A DNA stretch of 63,982 nt, the filler included, from Stramenopiles sp. TOSAG23-3 (Eukaryota): assembly GCA_900128585.1 (NCBI GenBank). It is 4 parts of 4 records of this genome, joined end to end, with 100 filler letters (N's around TTAATTAATTAA, not from the genome) between each part and the next. Parts side by side here need not be neighbours in the genome. Positions count along the whole stretch, not along the records: positions 32,166 to 48,105 come from LT642505.1; positions 48,206 to 63,982 come from LT642510.1; 2 more parts are not named here. The stretch is one strand, 5' to 3'. The translations under genes were made by a program, and so were the position numbers. Shown in pieces: positions 43,701 through 54,322 of the stretch; the stretch's first letter is position 1; the number at the start of each line of letters is the position of its first letter. Below the pieces are notes generated by a model. It was not told where the DNA came from and did not search any database. It worked only from the letters and a program-made list of their open reading frames with translations.

Positions 43701-44583
43701 CTGCAATCATTGCCAAACGTCGCACCCGTTTCACTTCCTCAGCAGCTGCCTTTTCAGCCAACTCTTCCTCTGTTTCTTCTTCGTTTTCCGGTGGAACGTT
43801 TTCGTTTTCGTTCTCTTTCTCCTGCTCTGCTTTCAGGGCCAGGGCTGCTTCCTCTTCGTCTTTCAAGACGCGATCGGCCTTTTCGACTGCAAGTTTGCTA
43901 ATGGCACTGACCATAACAAAGACGGATTCAAGGACAGCAGCCTGCCCTATCAGAACTGGGGCCGCATTTTCTTCATCCTCGGAGAAAGTTGAATTTAAAG
44001 GCGTAATGATCCTCCTCGGCATACTCGGGGATGGCGGGGCTTCGTCCGAATTTTCTTCCCCCTCGGCTGGCTCGGGCACCGGCGCTGCTTCCGGCTTGCG
44101 TACGACGGTCAACGGGCCCACGGGCTCGGTGCTGTCGCTTGGCACTTCGGTAGTCTGGGGTTGGGCACTAGTTTCTTCCGGGTTCACTACAGGCTCCCCC
44201 TTCGTTATTGGAAGCGAATTTTTCCAATACGCAGAATTTAAAATCGACGGTTCGCTCACTCTTTTCCACTCAACGACAACCCCCTCGGCTTCCTGATCTT
44301 CCGTAGGCAACACCGGGGTCCCAACGGAGAAGTCTACATATTTTTCTGTTTCTGACCCCCACTTAACTTTCGGCTCAGCATCTTCAGCATCCGCTGCAGG
44401 AGGATCAAACGATGCCTGGTCCCAAAGAGGGAATATGGGCGCTGGGGCTGGCACGTTGAATAAGAATTGCCCCACGTCTGCCAAGTCACCTTGTAGTTCT
44501 GCAACTTTTCGTACCACCGAGTCTTCCCGTGGGTTACTACCACCCTCTCCCTCTGGCGCTTCGGCTTCTCCTTTTTTCGGCAT
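40747..44583 (-). CDS. Androglobin-like ciliary protein (calpain-like domain; globin domain apparently absent)
   Basis: FLWEAIYP..P.FNPGGRYCVRLFVNGAWRRIDVDDRVP..ELWPLILSKAL, GSYIPNK..L.RD, and GWEEAQPGRAEMA..R..YL are ADGB-family motifs (recalled). Confidence 0.75.
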   Translation of the reverse strand: MPKKGEAEAPEGEGGSNPREDSVVRKVAELQGDLADVGQFLFNVPAPAPIFPLWDQASFDPPAADAEDAEPKVKWGSETEKYVDFSVGTPVLPTEDQEAEGVVVEWKRVSEPSILNSAYWKNSLPITKGEPVVNPEETSAQPQTTEVPSDSTEPVGPLTVVRKPEAAPVPEPAEGEENSDEAPPSPSMPRRIITPLNSTFSEDEENAAPVLIGQAAVLESVFVMVSAISKLAVEKADRVLKDEEEAALALKAEQEKENENENVPPENEEETEEELAEKAAAEEVKRVRRLAMIAEADMIPKGAFLWEAIYPKSEDGVTPRFNPGGRYCVRLFVNGAWRRIDVDDRVPLLASNGSPVLCRSSDKAELWPLILSKALVTVVQGRWEQYDALKLLHHLTGLVAIPTDINSNDNGWPLLMHDVPHTKIQYDDDAGESPRSPRFFDDDGEMEAAMEAEKAAEEAAMGLEPAEEAATEEPVEEPPKDIRPGAIYIIMGRSRDTMLDFDDNIVVDEDVAIPVDEEKRCPTLRARCAAVVMETRGGDDDTNIAALVSDDPEIAAAAAAALAKAAEDDDEEDNSDDREVRMATTVKDAENFESGWMNINRIKKEFSKRTYSLIDPNNSKFFSNQVVCEKHWGWTWVDEAVETGEAEEDPVADEEADESTVVVNLIPEKAGKWMPAKTEWKGPQFLYFPGKESAETEEESPPSEEVPAEQETKAPNENPYLSVWVTLSADLSPVDVKKSTLTIRSCSLGEDGLMVVSDSVLFTLSTTNVGSGSFPILFPGDRETPQIFSIEMDTIGGVHVTFSSKQTVRVLGYSELFRDVYKHNVTEISGRTKNTHPEQWSVLSRTSFKVSEEDTTSLSCNLLCKNPFLQRFVSLYILDCDTKKITKCPLLSFSNRRLEPNSAGYTVFAICQSLGTPLPALAWEMYFVSNRELLEFTEMPVGSTQDFLGSYIPNKFFRLMRDVIEIVEPDESDTNPRGSLRLTLSDPNAYAILRVINPTTKATVAEKSGRGNVILLDVPLTTEVEEGADDEDPNQIYKGKIIVESVLNTHFFQVSDDLKSRRPYHYPTGQPGDNSPADFTFNLRSISKSTLALSRDRTEENKLLAIRNGWEEAQPGRAEMARSNREYYLQQKAASKQEENGEEKEEVPEVDGFAGLEEEQRELEQSRRERVKNAVRGREKYSVPVIRDVPKSAPTTIFDEEFEKNVVAKWMEQEKRAGETVAAMQQAIKSRLENFEQRKSDRLEKLRQQHLEAMERLQVTYRNRVESEGNGEEAPAEE

Positions 44584-46240
44584 TATTAAAATTACAATGA
44601 GAAGAAATAAATTGAAACAATGTCTGCGTTCCTTACCAAAATTTCAAACACGTGTCTTTCCTCTTCAAATGTAAATAAATAATTACGTATCAAATGCATC
44701 TATATGCACCACTCTCTTTCCCATCACACCTAAATTATTTTTTATAATTTAATAATAGTGTCTACTCCTCCTCGGTTATTATTTTTTTAATTTATTATAG
44801 TAGTAGGTCGGTAGAACGAACTATTATTGTATTCATCATTATTTATTATCGACCAATTATTCTACTGTAATGTAATGTAATATTATACATTGGATCGTCT
44901 TCTTTCTTTTTTTCGCCGTTTCGAGTCGTCTTTCTTCTGGTGTGTGTTGGTTTTAAGTTGTATCACTATATCATTAGCTTCATAGCTTTCATCACAAAGC
45001 GAGTATCATCACGTATTAATACATTAATATAGCACCCAAGCATCACCTCATTATCCTTATGGGTACGAATTCTAAATAGTAGCAATAGAACGACTGACTA
45101 TGGAAATTCTATATTAAATAAAATATAGAAAGACAATGAACGTAACTAATGCTATACTGATGTTAATAAATATTAACTCTTCCCTATTTACCTGCTGGTG
45201 AATTCGCTATTATTGCTTCTGGGATTGCCGTTATTATTTTGAATCAATGATGGTATTTTCCTATTAGTTAATCGATGATCTCGTTAATGCTCTGACCTGT
45301 TTGATAGCTAAGAATAAAAATACAAAATCAATTCAACCGAAACCGTTTTTTTCCATCACTTTTTAATATAGTAATAGCATTATCATATATCATCACCACT
45401 ACTAACAGAATAAAATTGTACTTATATATTTTATTTACTATAATAAGAAGGAATACAATTCCTATAAAACAATTTTTAAAAGCTTCAGATAATGTTTGTT
45501 AGTTAGTACGTTCACGTATTGCCTTTTTACTAAGTAGTACAGTACGAAGTGGGAAGGACATCAAAAAAAAAAAGGAGCACTTTAAAGCTATATAATGTAC
45601 ACTGGACTGGCAATTAATTATAAATCGACTATTATTTAAATAGGAAACAGCTGGACTACGATCGTACGTAGATATTAATAATAAATATGACAAAATAACA
45701 AACACACAGTGAGGGAGGGAGGGAGGGAGTAATTAATTAAGCTTAAGCTTAATACAAAATATGAGAGAGAGAAGAAGGAATCCTATTTTTTCTATTTTAT
45801 TTTAAGTCGTCTGTCGTCTGCCAAGCACAAAAAAGCAAAAGCGTTATTTCTTCTTCGTCTTTCTTCTTTTTTTCTCTTTTTTTTGTTTTGTTTATTGTTG
45901 TTGTTGTTTTTTTATTATAATAATAATAATTATCAAGAAGCCCCAATAGCATCACAACAACTATATAAAATAATAATAATAATAAAAAATAATAATAAAA
46001 TAAAAACAAAATTGTTGATATTATTTGCAAAAAGGAAAAGGAGTGTTTATCTATGTACGGAAAACAATATGGTATACAATTTACTATGGAGGAAATAACC
46101 CCCAAGACCCCCAGGAAAATAGTTAATTATTTGGGTTTGTGAACAGGAACACTTCAACGCCGGTGGAATTTGTCTGCTAAATATATTTGACCTTCCTGAC
46201 TGGCGAGTGGTGAACGAAGACCGAGTGAGCGCGAGGAGAG

Positions 46241-48105
46241 ATGAGCACCAACCTAGACGAATTAAACTCTACGGAGCAGCTGTGGGCGGAAAGTGTTGCT
46301 GAAAATGGCGAGGATGTTGCCGAAGATTTTATGATGACAGGAAGCATGACGGGGGACGGATCCTACAACAATACTGGGCCGGGAACGAAGTCTCTTTCAA
46401 AGAAAGAGTTGCTCAAAAAGCACGTAACACCGGGTGGCGTGGTGTCCTCGTACAAAACTGTTCAGGCCTGCAACGACGAGCTTGAGCGTGGCAGAATCCA
46501 GCGTGAAGTTGAAACCGCAGAGTTGGACATGCTCGCCAAACGGAAAGTTGCGCTCGAAGCCCGGGAAAAATGCGAGCGTGAAATAGCGAAAAGAAGAGAG
46601 CTAGAACAGCACATCGAGAAGCTGAAGGAAGACATTGACCGTCTTCGCGGCCACAAAGAGAACATGGCTATCGTTCGTAAGCATGAAAAAGAGCTCGCGC
46701 AAGCTCACTACCAGCTTGGGGAGCAGAAGGACTTTGTGGAACGGGAAACGAAACTGATGTATCATGCGGAGAAGGAAGCTGACTATGCAGACATGCTTCT
46801 GGATAAATACAGCGATGCGAAGGATCGTCTAAAGGTTCATACGGTGGAGGAGAACGAAGAGGATAAAGTTGTCGCTAAATTTCGTATAAAGAAGGAAGAA
46901 AAGGCCGCGTTGCGCTTCGAGGAACGGCGGGCCAAGAAAAAGAAGCGCTTACAGAACCAAATGAAGGCCCAAGACGCTCTTGCGAAGAACCAGGTCCAAA
47001 TTACAAAAATACAGCACGCCATTGCCAAAGACAACTACAGCACGCTGTTGGCCGAGCAAAAGGAAGTTCACGAAGAGGTTCTGGAGGTGCACTCAGCTGA
47101 GCATGAAAAACGGGCAAGGGCGATTTTGAAGCTGAAAAAGAGCACTGAGTTCGCCAACGCGCAGATGCAAGGAAAAAATGCGAAGCGGAAAGCCAAAGAA
47201 AGGAAAACAGCGGCGAGGCAGAAGAGAGAATTCGATGCTATTTTGGCAGACGGGCGCAATCCCTACGAAGAGTTTCGGCGCGAAAAGCAACAGGCGAAGC
47301 TTAAAGCCGACAAGCAGAAGCTGATTGACAAGGAGAAAAAGAACAAAGACGAGATAGCCAAGAAGATGATCAAAGAAGAAATCCACTTTGTTAAGCAGGA
47401 TAAAATTATCCGGGAGCATGCCAAGTTTGCTGATGTGTACCGCGATAGTTTGGGCAGGCACGTAGTGGAAGAGCGAAACAAGAAATACATGGAAAGCATG
47501 ACCAAAACAGGAGAAGACTTTGTTGATCCCACTGGAAGGATGTTTCGTATCGAGGGGTCGTCTGTGACAGCAATCCCAGACAACTCGCTAGGGATTGGTC
47601 GTCTGGCCAAGACCAGACCTGATATTATAGCAAAGAAAGCCTCGGAAGCAAAAATGAGAGGGGTCACTTTCAATGAAATGCATTCGTACGTCAAAGGTGC
47701 CGCAGAAGTAGATTCAGATGATGAAGGTGAGTCTAAACAGATGGACCAGTTCGAGGAATTGCTAGGAAAGGAGGAGCGCCCGGGACAGGCCCTTGGGATC
47801 AACACGACCGTTGCGGCGGCGGAAGAGGCAGCTTTCGAAGCATCTATCGGGACGCAAGGCCTAATCAGCGGTGCAAATTCAGTAGATACTCGTTCCATGA
47901 CCTCCTCTGCTACCTTGCAAGGGGCAGGCAAAAAAGTGTACGAGACCCGAAAGCTTACTAATTTGGAGCAGCAGTACATGACAGCGGCAAAGGAGCGGCA
48001 GAAAAAGAACATTATAGGAAAGCAGGTCGTGTGGGGGAAAGAGTTTAAAGGGGACGCGTTTATATCGAAGCCCGCCAAATTAGTTTTCAAAGATTTTGAA
48101 GTAGG
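46241..48105 (+). CDS. CFAP74: CFAP74-like cilia/flagella protein, N-terminal part (truncated at contig end)
   Basis: Long coiled coil, G.NPYEEFRR, and QVVWGKEFKGDAFISKPAKLVFKDFEVG at the start of the first Ig-like domain. Confidence 0.72.
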
Positions 48106-48205
48106 NNNNNNNNNNNNNNNNNNNNNNNNNNNNNNNNNNNNNNNNNNNNTTAATTAATTAANNNNNNNNNNNNNNNNNNNNNNNNNNNNNNNNNNNNNNN
48201 NNNNN
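48106..48205. other. Artificial contig-joining linker
   Basis: 44N-TTAATTAATTAA-44N. Confidence 0.97.
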
Positions 48206-48207
48206 AG

Positions 48208-48453
48208 GCCCAAAAAAATGAACTAAAGTTGCTTTTGAAGCAGGTTCCAGTGATTAAGAAGCAAGTTCGTAAAGTTCAATCGGCGCTAGAAAATAAGGGA
48301 AAGGCGCACAAAAGAAAATTTCTAGATATTTGTGATGAAGCAGTGGCAGAAGAGAGCAAAAAATTCAAGGCAAGAATGATCTCGGAAAAGAAAGCAAAAA
48401 AAAAGATGATGAATTCCATGATGCGAATGCTCCAAGATTCATTTTCTTGTTAA
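48208..48453 (+). CDS. 3' end of a coiled-coil protein (partial, at contig start)
   Basis: Frame is open from the contig edge (AQKNELKLLLKQ...) to TAA 48453; charged helical composition. Confidence 0.5.
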   Translation, partial: AQKNELKLLLKQVPVIKKQVRKVQSALENKGKAHKRKFLDICDEAVAEESKKFKARMISEKKAKKKMMNSMMRMLQDSFSC

Positions 48454-48738
48454 TATTCTGGCGCTCGCCAAACGAGAAGAGTTGAGTTTTTGGTAATCAC
48501 CAAGAGTGAGAGACAAGACCGTAATAATACTCTTCGTACATTTAGCGCATCGAAATGGGAACTGCTGTCCAAAGCAAAGAAAGAAGCGCGAATTTACCAA
48601 GATTTATAAAAGAATGAATTAAGAGAGGAATAAAAAATAATGTAAGCTCTCTCCTGTTATTTAAATTTTTTATTGTTGTTTTTTAAACTTTTCTTAACTT
48701 CCCTACACACAATTATATTTTTAGCTCTGGAAAGGATT

Positions 48739-51700
48739 TCATGAGATGGAAAGCCTTCGAGTTCCCAGTTTTCCTTTTCTCGATGGCCTGCCAGGAGACT
48801 TCCAACTTCCCTCCCGCGCGGCTTTTGCGGCCGATTTTCCGGCAATGTATCCTAATGTTAATGCCTCTGGAGTTGGGCTTGCATTTATATTTGCTGCTAC
48901 CGACTTTCGTCTTCGGGAGGGCGAAAGACTTCGAGAAGCTGGGTCATTGTTTAGCCGGCCAATTTCTTGGTGGTTCCGATTTTCTTCGCCTTCAATAATT
49001 TTTACATTAACACCAGAATTTCCATCCGACGTGGCTTCATTCCCTTGCTGATTTAAATGGCGCTGCTTTGAAACTCCTGTAAATGAAGTTTTGTCACTTA
49101 AGCGGTCAAATATTGACTTCAGGTTTTTCTTCTTCTTGGAACGTTCCGGAAATTTCTGCTGTGTCATATCTGCACTTTGACCTCTGATCGAAGACTGCTT
49201 CCAAGATTTGTCCTGGGGCCCTATCCATTCTTTCTCCGGAGCATTTGTTCGTTTTGCATCCCGACGCGCTTCCGCCGATGCTGCTATCGCTTCTTCTCTC
49301 GCAACCTGCGTCAACGTAGGCTTGGAGAGGCGCGAGGACCACATTGCGGATTTGTGCTTCGTCCTCAATCCCCCGTTTTGCTTCTTGGGATTACTACTAA
49401 CAATTGCGTCGGCGGCTTCGTCTAGCGAGGGCAGCCCAATGCTATTTTCTGCGTTTTCCTCCGGTGGGGGAGGGGGCGGCGGCGGTTGACTAGGTGCTGG
49501 GGGGGGAGATGCAGTTTTACCTTTCTTTCGTTTTTCTTCTTGGCCTTGAACACAGAATTCAAGCCACGAAATGTGCTGGTCTTTTGATTTTTCGTCGGCT
49601 TCTTTTTTAGCAATTTCACGCCATAGTTGAGTGACCCGTTCGGTAAGCACCTGTTTTTCACCCAATATTGTTTGCACTCGCTCTTTCATGTCCTTCATTT
49701 GGCTGACATGAACGGTATTCATAGTTCGCAAACTTCCAAGTTCGTTTTTCATGGCCTCAATTTGCTTCGACTCTGAGGCCTTTGGGGCTTCCACCATGGC
49801 AAGACTACCGTGTTCAATAACACTGCCCTGCATTGAAAAGTGCTTCTTTTGCTGCTCTCGGTTAATCTTATCCAGCTGTTGTTGAAATTCCGTTCTCTGC
49901 ATCTCTTTGGCAGTTTTGGATTGTTCTATCTCGGCGGCAGCACCATTTAAATTTTCCTTCAGCTTATTTATCCTCTTCTTTGCCACAACCGTTTCTTTCG
50001 CCTGTGCAACGTACAAATCAAATAGGGCTCGCGCAGTCATCTGCGCTTCCGGTAGGCGTGTTATGTTTTTCAAGTTTTTTTCTATTTTCTGAGCATGTGT
50101 TTGTTTTTTTTGAAACATGTCCACCATTTTGCTAATTTTCTGCAGTTGAAATTCCAGCTGTGTTTTCACGTCGTCAATTCTATCCGCCAAGTCGTCACTG
50201 AACGCCTTGTACCCATCTTCTTTGGTTTCGTCAATGCGCATTTTTTCTGCCTTTGTGGACTTGAGGTCCTTCTGAAGATGATCCCGCAACGTTAGTTCCT
50301 GTAGCAACCGGGACTCAAACACTTCGATGTTTACCAGCAGTTTTGCGCGTTTCTCCCAAAGCACGCGCAGTTTCTGGTCGTCCGTTCCACTGCTGGTGTT
50401 CTTTCGGGCATACCCATTGGATCGTGCCGAGGATTTTGGCAGCCGCTGCATTTGCATCTGTACTTGTCGCAGTTTCCGCTGGGCAGCAGCCACCTGACTA
50501 GCTCGATTCTTCAGCTGCTTTTCGTTTTGAACATTTTTTGACATGAGCATGGATATTTTCTGGTCCTTCTTGGAGGAAACTTTCCGCAAAGAAATGATTT
50601 CTTTTTTTCGCCGGTTCATTTCTTCCCTGTGGCTTTTCAGTTCTTTCTCTCTCTTTCGCATGAGGTCCACTTTCTGCTCCTTCATACGTTTTAAGTCCCT
50701 GCGAGCTTCCTGCACCATTCTCTCTGAATTATTTTTCATCGTCGAAAACTTTTTGTACTCGGACAGCTGCTTCCTTTGCTTTTGCAACTGGACCTCTTTC
50801 GCTTTGAACTTCTTTTTCATCTCTTCCTTTGCTTTTTGTTTTGCACCGGACACATCGTTTGCCATCGCTTCCATGTCCTTCAAAAGTTGGTCCCGTTCCA
50901 CTTGGGTCTGCTTAATCTGCGCGTCCATTTGGTTCATCTTCTGGGCATAAAATTCCCTCATTTTGTTGTACTGGCTATTTGTTTCCTCGAGTGACTTGAT
51001 GAGTTCCTCCTTCACTCGTATTCCTGCAGTAATGTCCGCAACGCCGCGGTCGAGCTGATTTTTCTGCTCGCCAAAACTCGCTTCTAAATCGTCAGTTTCA
51101 TCATCGTTGATGTGAAAATCAATTTCCTCATCCTCGATCCCATCGCTTACGCCTTCCTCCTTGGGATTTTCCGAGCTGCGCCTCCTGGCCGCGCCGCCCA
51201 GGCTTCGGCGGCGATGGGCCAATAATTCTTGCTCCAGCGAGACCTGGGCTTTTGCTTTTTCTATGATGTCTTGGTTGCTCTTCCAGCTCGGGGACGACGA
51301 CGAGTCGTTCGGCGTGAGCGGGCGCCGTTTCAACTCGCCATTTTCTTTAATCATGTTGGCCAGATCGCCCTGGAGCTTGTTAATGAGCTTTTGATTCTCA
51401 AACATGATGTTGTAGTCTGGGTCTTCCGCGAGATTTTCGCTGACAGAGATCCCCGCGTTTGCAAGCTTTAAGCGGAGGACGTCTCGCTCCGCCGCAATAG
51501 ATATTGTTTTTTCGTTGACCGTGCTAAGCTTCCGCTTGGCCTCTTTTAATTCTTCTGTCACCCGTTTTAGCTCCGCTTCCGACTCCCGAGACCGCGCCTC
51601 CCAGTCCACCCCGCCCTGAGTCACCGGTGAGGCCAGGTTTTGGAGCAGCTCAGCCACGTCCGCCCCTTCCACCCCTGCAGCTTGGCTGACCAGCGCTAGT

Positions 51701-52944
51701 TTGAGGGCTTTTATCTGTCCCATCAGGTTGTCGATCTGGGCCGAATGGGCGTCGCGGTTTATGACAGCCTTGTTCTTTATGTTCCTCGCTCGGTTTGCGT
51801 ACTTTAGGGTGGAAAGCGTCTCTTGGAAATTGGTGTCGGCAGGGCTGACGCACGCGATCACCAGCGTCTTGCTGTTCCCCCCAAGTGAATCTTGCAGCAC
51901 CCGCGTCAGCTTCGAGTCGCGGTAAGGCACGTGAGAACCCTTTTTAGACGGGTCACCGAGTGCACTAATAACATTTCCAAGCGCCAGCAGGCCCACGTTG
52001 ATGTTGATGCCCTCCCGCATGCGCTGGCCGACCGCCCCGGTTTTCTTCGCCCGCTCACTCCCGGCTAAATCGACGAAGTGGAACTTTGACGACCTGATCT
52101 CTGGGTCCCCTTCCTCCACCGTCAGACCGATTCCATCGCCGCTGGCGTTGGGGGCAATCGATTGCTCCAAAAAAATAGTAAAAATTGCGTGGGAGCGAGA
52201 GGAGTGCGTGTTCATCAGGGTGCTTCCGGTAGTCCTGCAAATGCTTCCCCTTTCGAGGCAACGCAACATGTCGTCCTCCGTGGTGACTATTTCCGACTTG
52301 CACCCGAGGATGACCAGTTGGCCGTTTTCAAGCGTCCTCAGGGTGATTTCGGACTCTTCGATGCCGGATGGTTCCAAAAGGTCGCGCATTTCTTCCCCAT
52401 ATATCTCCATGAATTCCACGCGCACGCTGACAGAGACCTCTGGGCGCTCGCGCTCGAGGTTTTCTATCTTCTGAAACATCTCTTTCGCAACGGTAGGGAT
52501 CAGGCCCTGGTCTTCAAAGGGAATCCCGATGTTGTTGCCACTTCCCATGGTGAACGTTTTCCCACTCCCCGTTTGACCATAGGCAACTACGGTGGCGTTG
52601 TACCCGTCGAACGCGCTTTCTACGAGCGGGTGCGTGCAGCCGCGGTAGACCTCTTGCTGGGAGGAGGCCGGCCCGTACACGTAATCGTAGGTGAACGAGC
52701 GCTTGTTCCCTATGACGACTTGGGGCCGTTTTGGGTTTGGTATCTTGACGCACTCGGAGCAACGTTCTATTTTCTCCTTTCCTATAAGTGGGCGAACCCT
52801 CAGCGCCACTCTCACCGTATCCCCTTCTGGCGCCCCAACCACCCATGGACCCTTCTCATTCACCCCCTCGCCAACCCCACCCTCCCCCGTCGTATTCAAC
52901 GGGGGCAGCGGTTGGCTCGGCACCACCGTCTTTTTCTCCGCCAT
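48739..52944 (-). CDS. Kinesin-4 family motor (KIF4/KIF21/KIF27-like)
   Basis: VRVALRVRP, YGQTGSGKTFTMG, SSRSHAIF, KFHFVDLAGSER, GLLALGNVISALGD, HVPYRDSKLTRVLQDSLGGN; long coiled-coil stalk. Confidence 0.93.
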   Translation of the reverse strand: MAEKKTVVPSQPLPPLNTTGEGGVGEGVNEKGPWVVGAPEGDTVRVALRVRPLIGKEKIERCSECVKIPNPKRPQVVIGNKRSFTYDYVYGPASSQQEVYRGCTHPLVESAFDGYNATVVAYGQTGSGKTFTMGSGNNIGIPFEDQGLIPTVAKEMFQKIENLERERPEVSVSVRVEFMEIYGEEMRDLLEPSGIEESEITLRTLENGQLVILGCKSEIVTTEDDMLRCLERGSICRTTGSTLMNTHSSRSHAIFTIFLEQSIAPNASGDGIGLTVEEGDPEIRSSKFHFVDLAGSERAKKTGAVGQRMREGININVGLLALGNVISALGDPSKKGSHVPYRDSKLTRVLQDSLGGNSKTLVIACVSPADTNFQETLSTLKYANRARNIKNKAVINRDAHSAQIDNLMGQIKALKLALVSQAAGVEGADVAELLQNLASPVTQGGVDWEARSRESEAELKRVTEELKEAKRKLSTVNEKTISIAAERDVLRLKLANAGISVSENLAEDPDYNIMFENQKLINKLQGDLANMIKENGELKRRPLTPNDSSSSPSWKSNQDIIEKAKAQVSLEQELLAHRRRSLGGAARRRSSENPKEEGVSDGIEDEEIDFHINDDETDDLEASFGEQKNQLDRGVADITAGIRVKEELIKSLEETNSQYNKMREFYAQKMNQMDAQIKQTQVERDQLLKDMEAMANDVSGAKQKAKEEMKKKFKAKEVQLQKQRKQLSEYKKFSTMKNNSERMVQEARRDLKRMKEQKVDLMRKREKELKSHREEMNRRKKEIISLRKVSSKKDQKISMLMSKNVQNEKQLKNRASQVAAAQRKLRQVQMQMQRLPKSSARSNGYARKNTSSGTDDQKLRVLWEKRAKLLVNIEVFESRLLQELTLRDHLQKDLKSTKAEKMRIDETKEDGYKAFSDDLADRIDDVKTQLEFQLQKISKMVDMFQKKQTHAQKIEKNLKNITRLPEAQMTARALFDLYVAQAKETVVAKKRINKLKENLNGAAAEIEQSKTAKEMQRTEFQQQLDKINREQQKKHFSMQGSVIEHGSLAMVEAPKASESKQIEAMKNELGSLRTMNTVHVSQMKDMKERVQTILGEKQVLTERVTQLWREIAKKEADEKSKDQHISWLEFCVQGQEEKRKKGKTASPPPAPSQPPPPPPPPEENAENSIGLPSLDEAADAIVSSNPKKQNGGLRTKHKSAMWSSRLSKPTLTQVAREEAIAASAEARRDAKRTNAPEKEWIGPQDKSWKQSSIRGQSADMTQQKFPERSKKKKNLKSIFDRLSDKTSFTGVSKQRHLNQQGNEATSDGNSGVNVKIIEGEENRNHQEIGRLNNDPASRSLSPSRRRKSVAANINASPTPEALTLGYIAGKSAAKAAREGSWKSPGRPSRKGKLGTRRLSIS

Positions 52945-53312
52945 CCTTCTTCTTCCTCCAATGATCCCCTAAACTATAAAACTATACAAGTAAACAAGTA
53001 AACAAAACAAGAGCAGAAATAGAAACAAACAAACATAACCTTCCTTCTACGTACATAACACAAAACAAAAAAAGAAAGCAATTCCTAATATATATGATAT
53101 AAAGCACCACACTTTCTTTTAAACCCTTCTTTTTTTCGCGCTTTCTTCTTCGTCTTCTTCTGTTGTTGTTCTTCTTCGCGTGCTACTTTTTTTGTTCTTC
53201 TCACTCCGAAAGTACTTTCAATGGTGTATTCCTATTAGAGTCATTTTATTATTATAATACATTTGTAACGTCTTTGATCTTTTTTATTTTTATGAAAAAA
53301 TAAATAAAATCT

Positions 53313-53409
53313 ACTTTCTTTCTTCTCTTTCTTCTCTTTCTTCTCTTTCTTTCTTTCTTCTCTTTCTTCTCTTTCTTCTCTTTCTTCTCTTTGTTTCTTT
53401 GTTTCTTTG

Positions 53410-53441
<32 letters not shown>

Positions 53442-53487
53442 TTCTCTTTCTTTCTTCTCTTTCTTTCTTTCTTTCTTTCTTTCTTTC
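53313..53487. repeat. (CTTT)n/(CTT)n/(GTTTCTTT)n microsatellite
   Basis: Directly visible. Confidence 0.9.
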
Positions 53488-54322
53488 AATTTCATACTTA
53501 TATTTATTAATATATAGGTATATTTGTATAGTATACTACATACGTTGGGAACACATCAAAGTACCTGTTTTCATTCTACCTAGTCTACGTATATCTATAA
53601 TAATATTATATAGTCTAATATACGTACCAAGTATTTGACATTAAAATGAAGGAGGCTTTCGGCATTCGTTGAAAGAAAGAAATAGGGAAGTGAGGGGAAG
53701 TAGATAAGATAAGATTATATTAGACTATAAACTTTATTACTAACTATATATAGAGACTACTTTTCATTAGTTGTTCTATTTGCTATAAAAATAAAAAATA
53801 TAAATAATAATAATAATAAAAGAGCCATTTCATGAGTTTTCAGTTTTTTTACACTTTAAGGTACAGGTACCGCACGCCGACGATAGTGTCCTTTTTTATT
53901 TAAATTCTACGATCTTATTTAATACTTATCTCTTATGGCCTTTATCATCACACCTTAATAATTTAGAATATGTTAATATGATATATTTTATGACAAAATC
54001 GTTATCGTTGTTTTTGGTGTTCACTTAAAAATATCACAGCAAAAAAAAAGCAGCATTGTGTGTGTACATGCTCAACATGCAACATGCAGAATTATTTTTG
54101 TTGTAAAAAACACAGAGTTTCCTCATAATAATATTCATTCTTATGACGAACGGTGTTTGTATACGATTGATATTTTGTACATGTTACGATTCTTAGTAAC
54201 ACTTTATAAACGTAGTAGAAACACGTTATCCAGGGGAAAACATTTAATAAGTAGTGGAGTTGTTTGGGGTTTTCTTTGTCTGTTTGGATTTTGAAGATTT
54301 TAGAAGGACGGACGGACGGACG

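Noticed and set aside
45245-45297. Possible C/D-box snoRNA (ATGATG...CTGA)
   Set aside because: Imperfect C box, short, and no terminal stem or identifiable guide; no tRNA or rRNA genes were recognised anywhere in the window.
48106-48453. Continuation of CFAP74 across the N run
   Set aside because: The linker separates unrelated contigs, and the downstream peptide is a coiled-coil C-terminus rather than the expected Ig-like domains.
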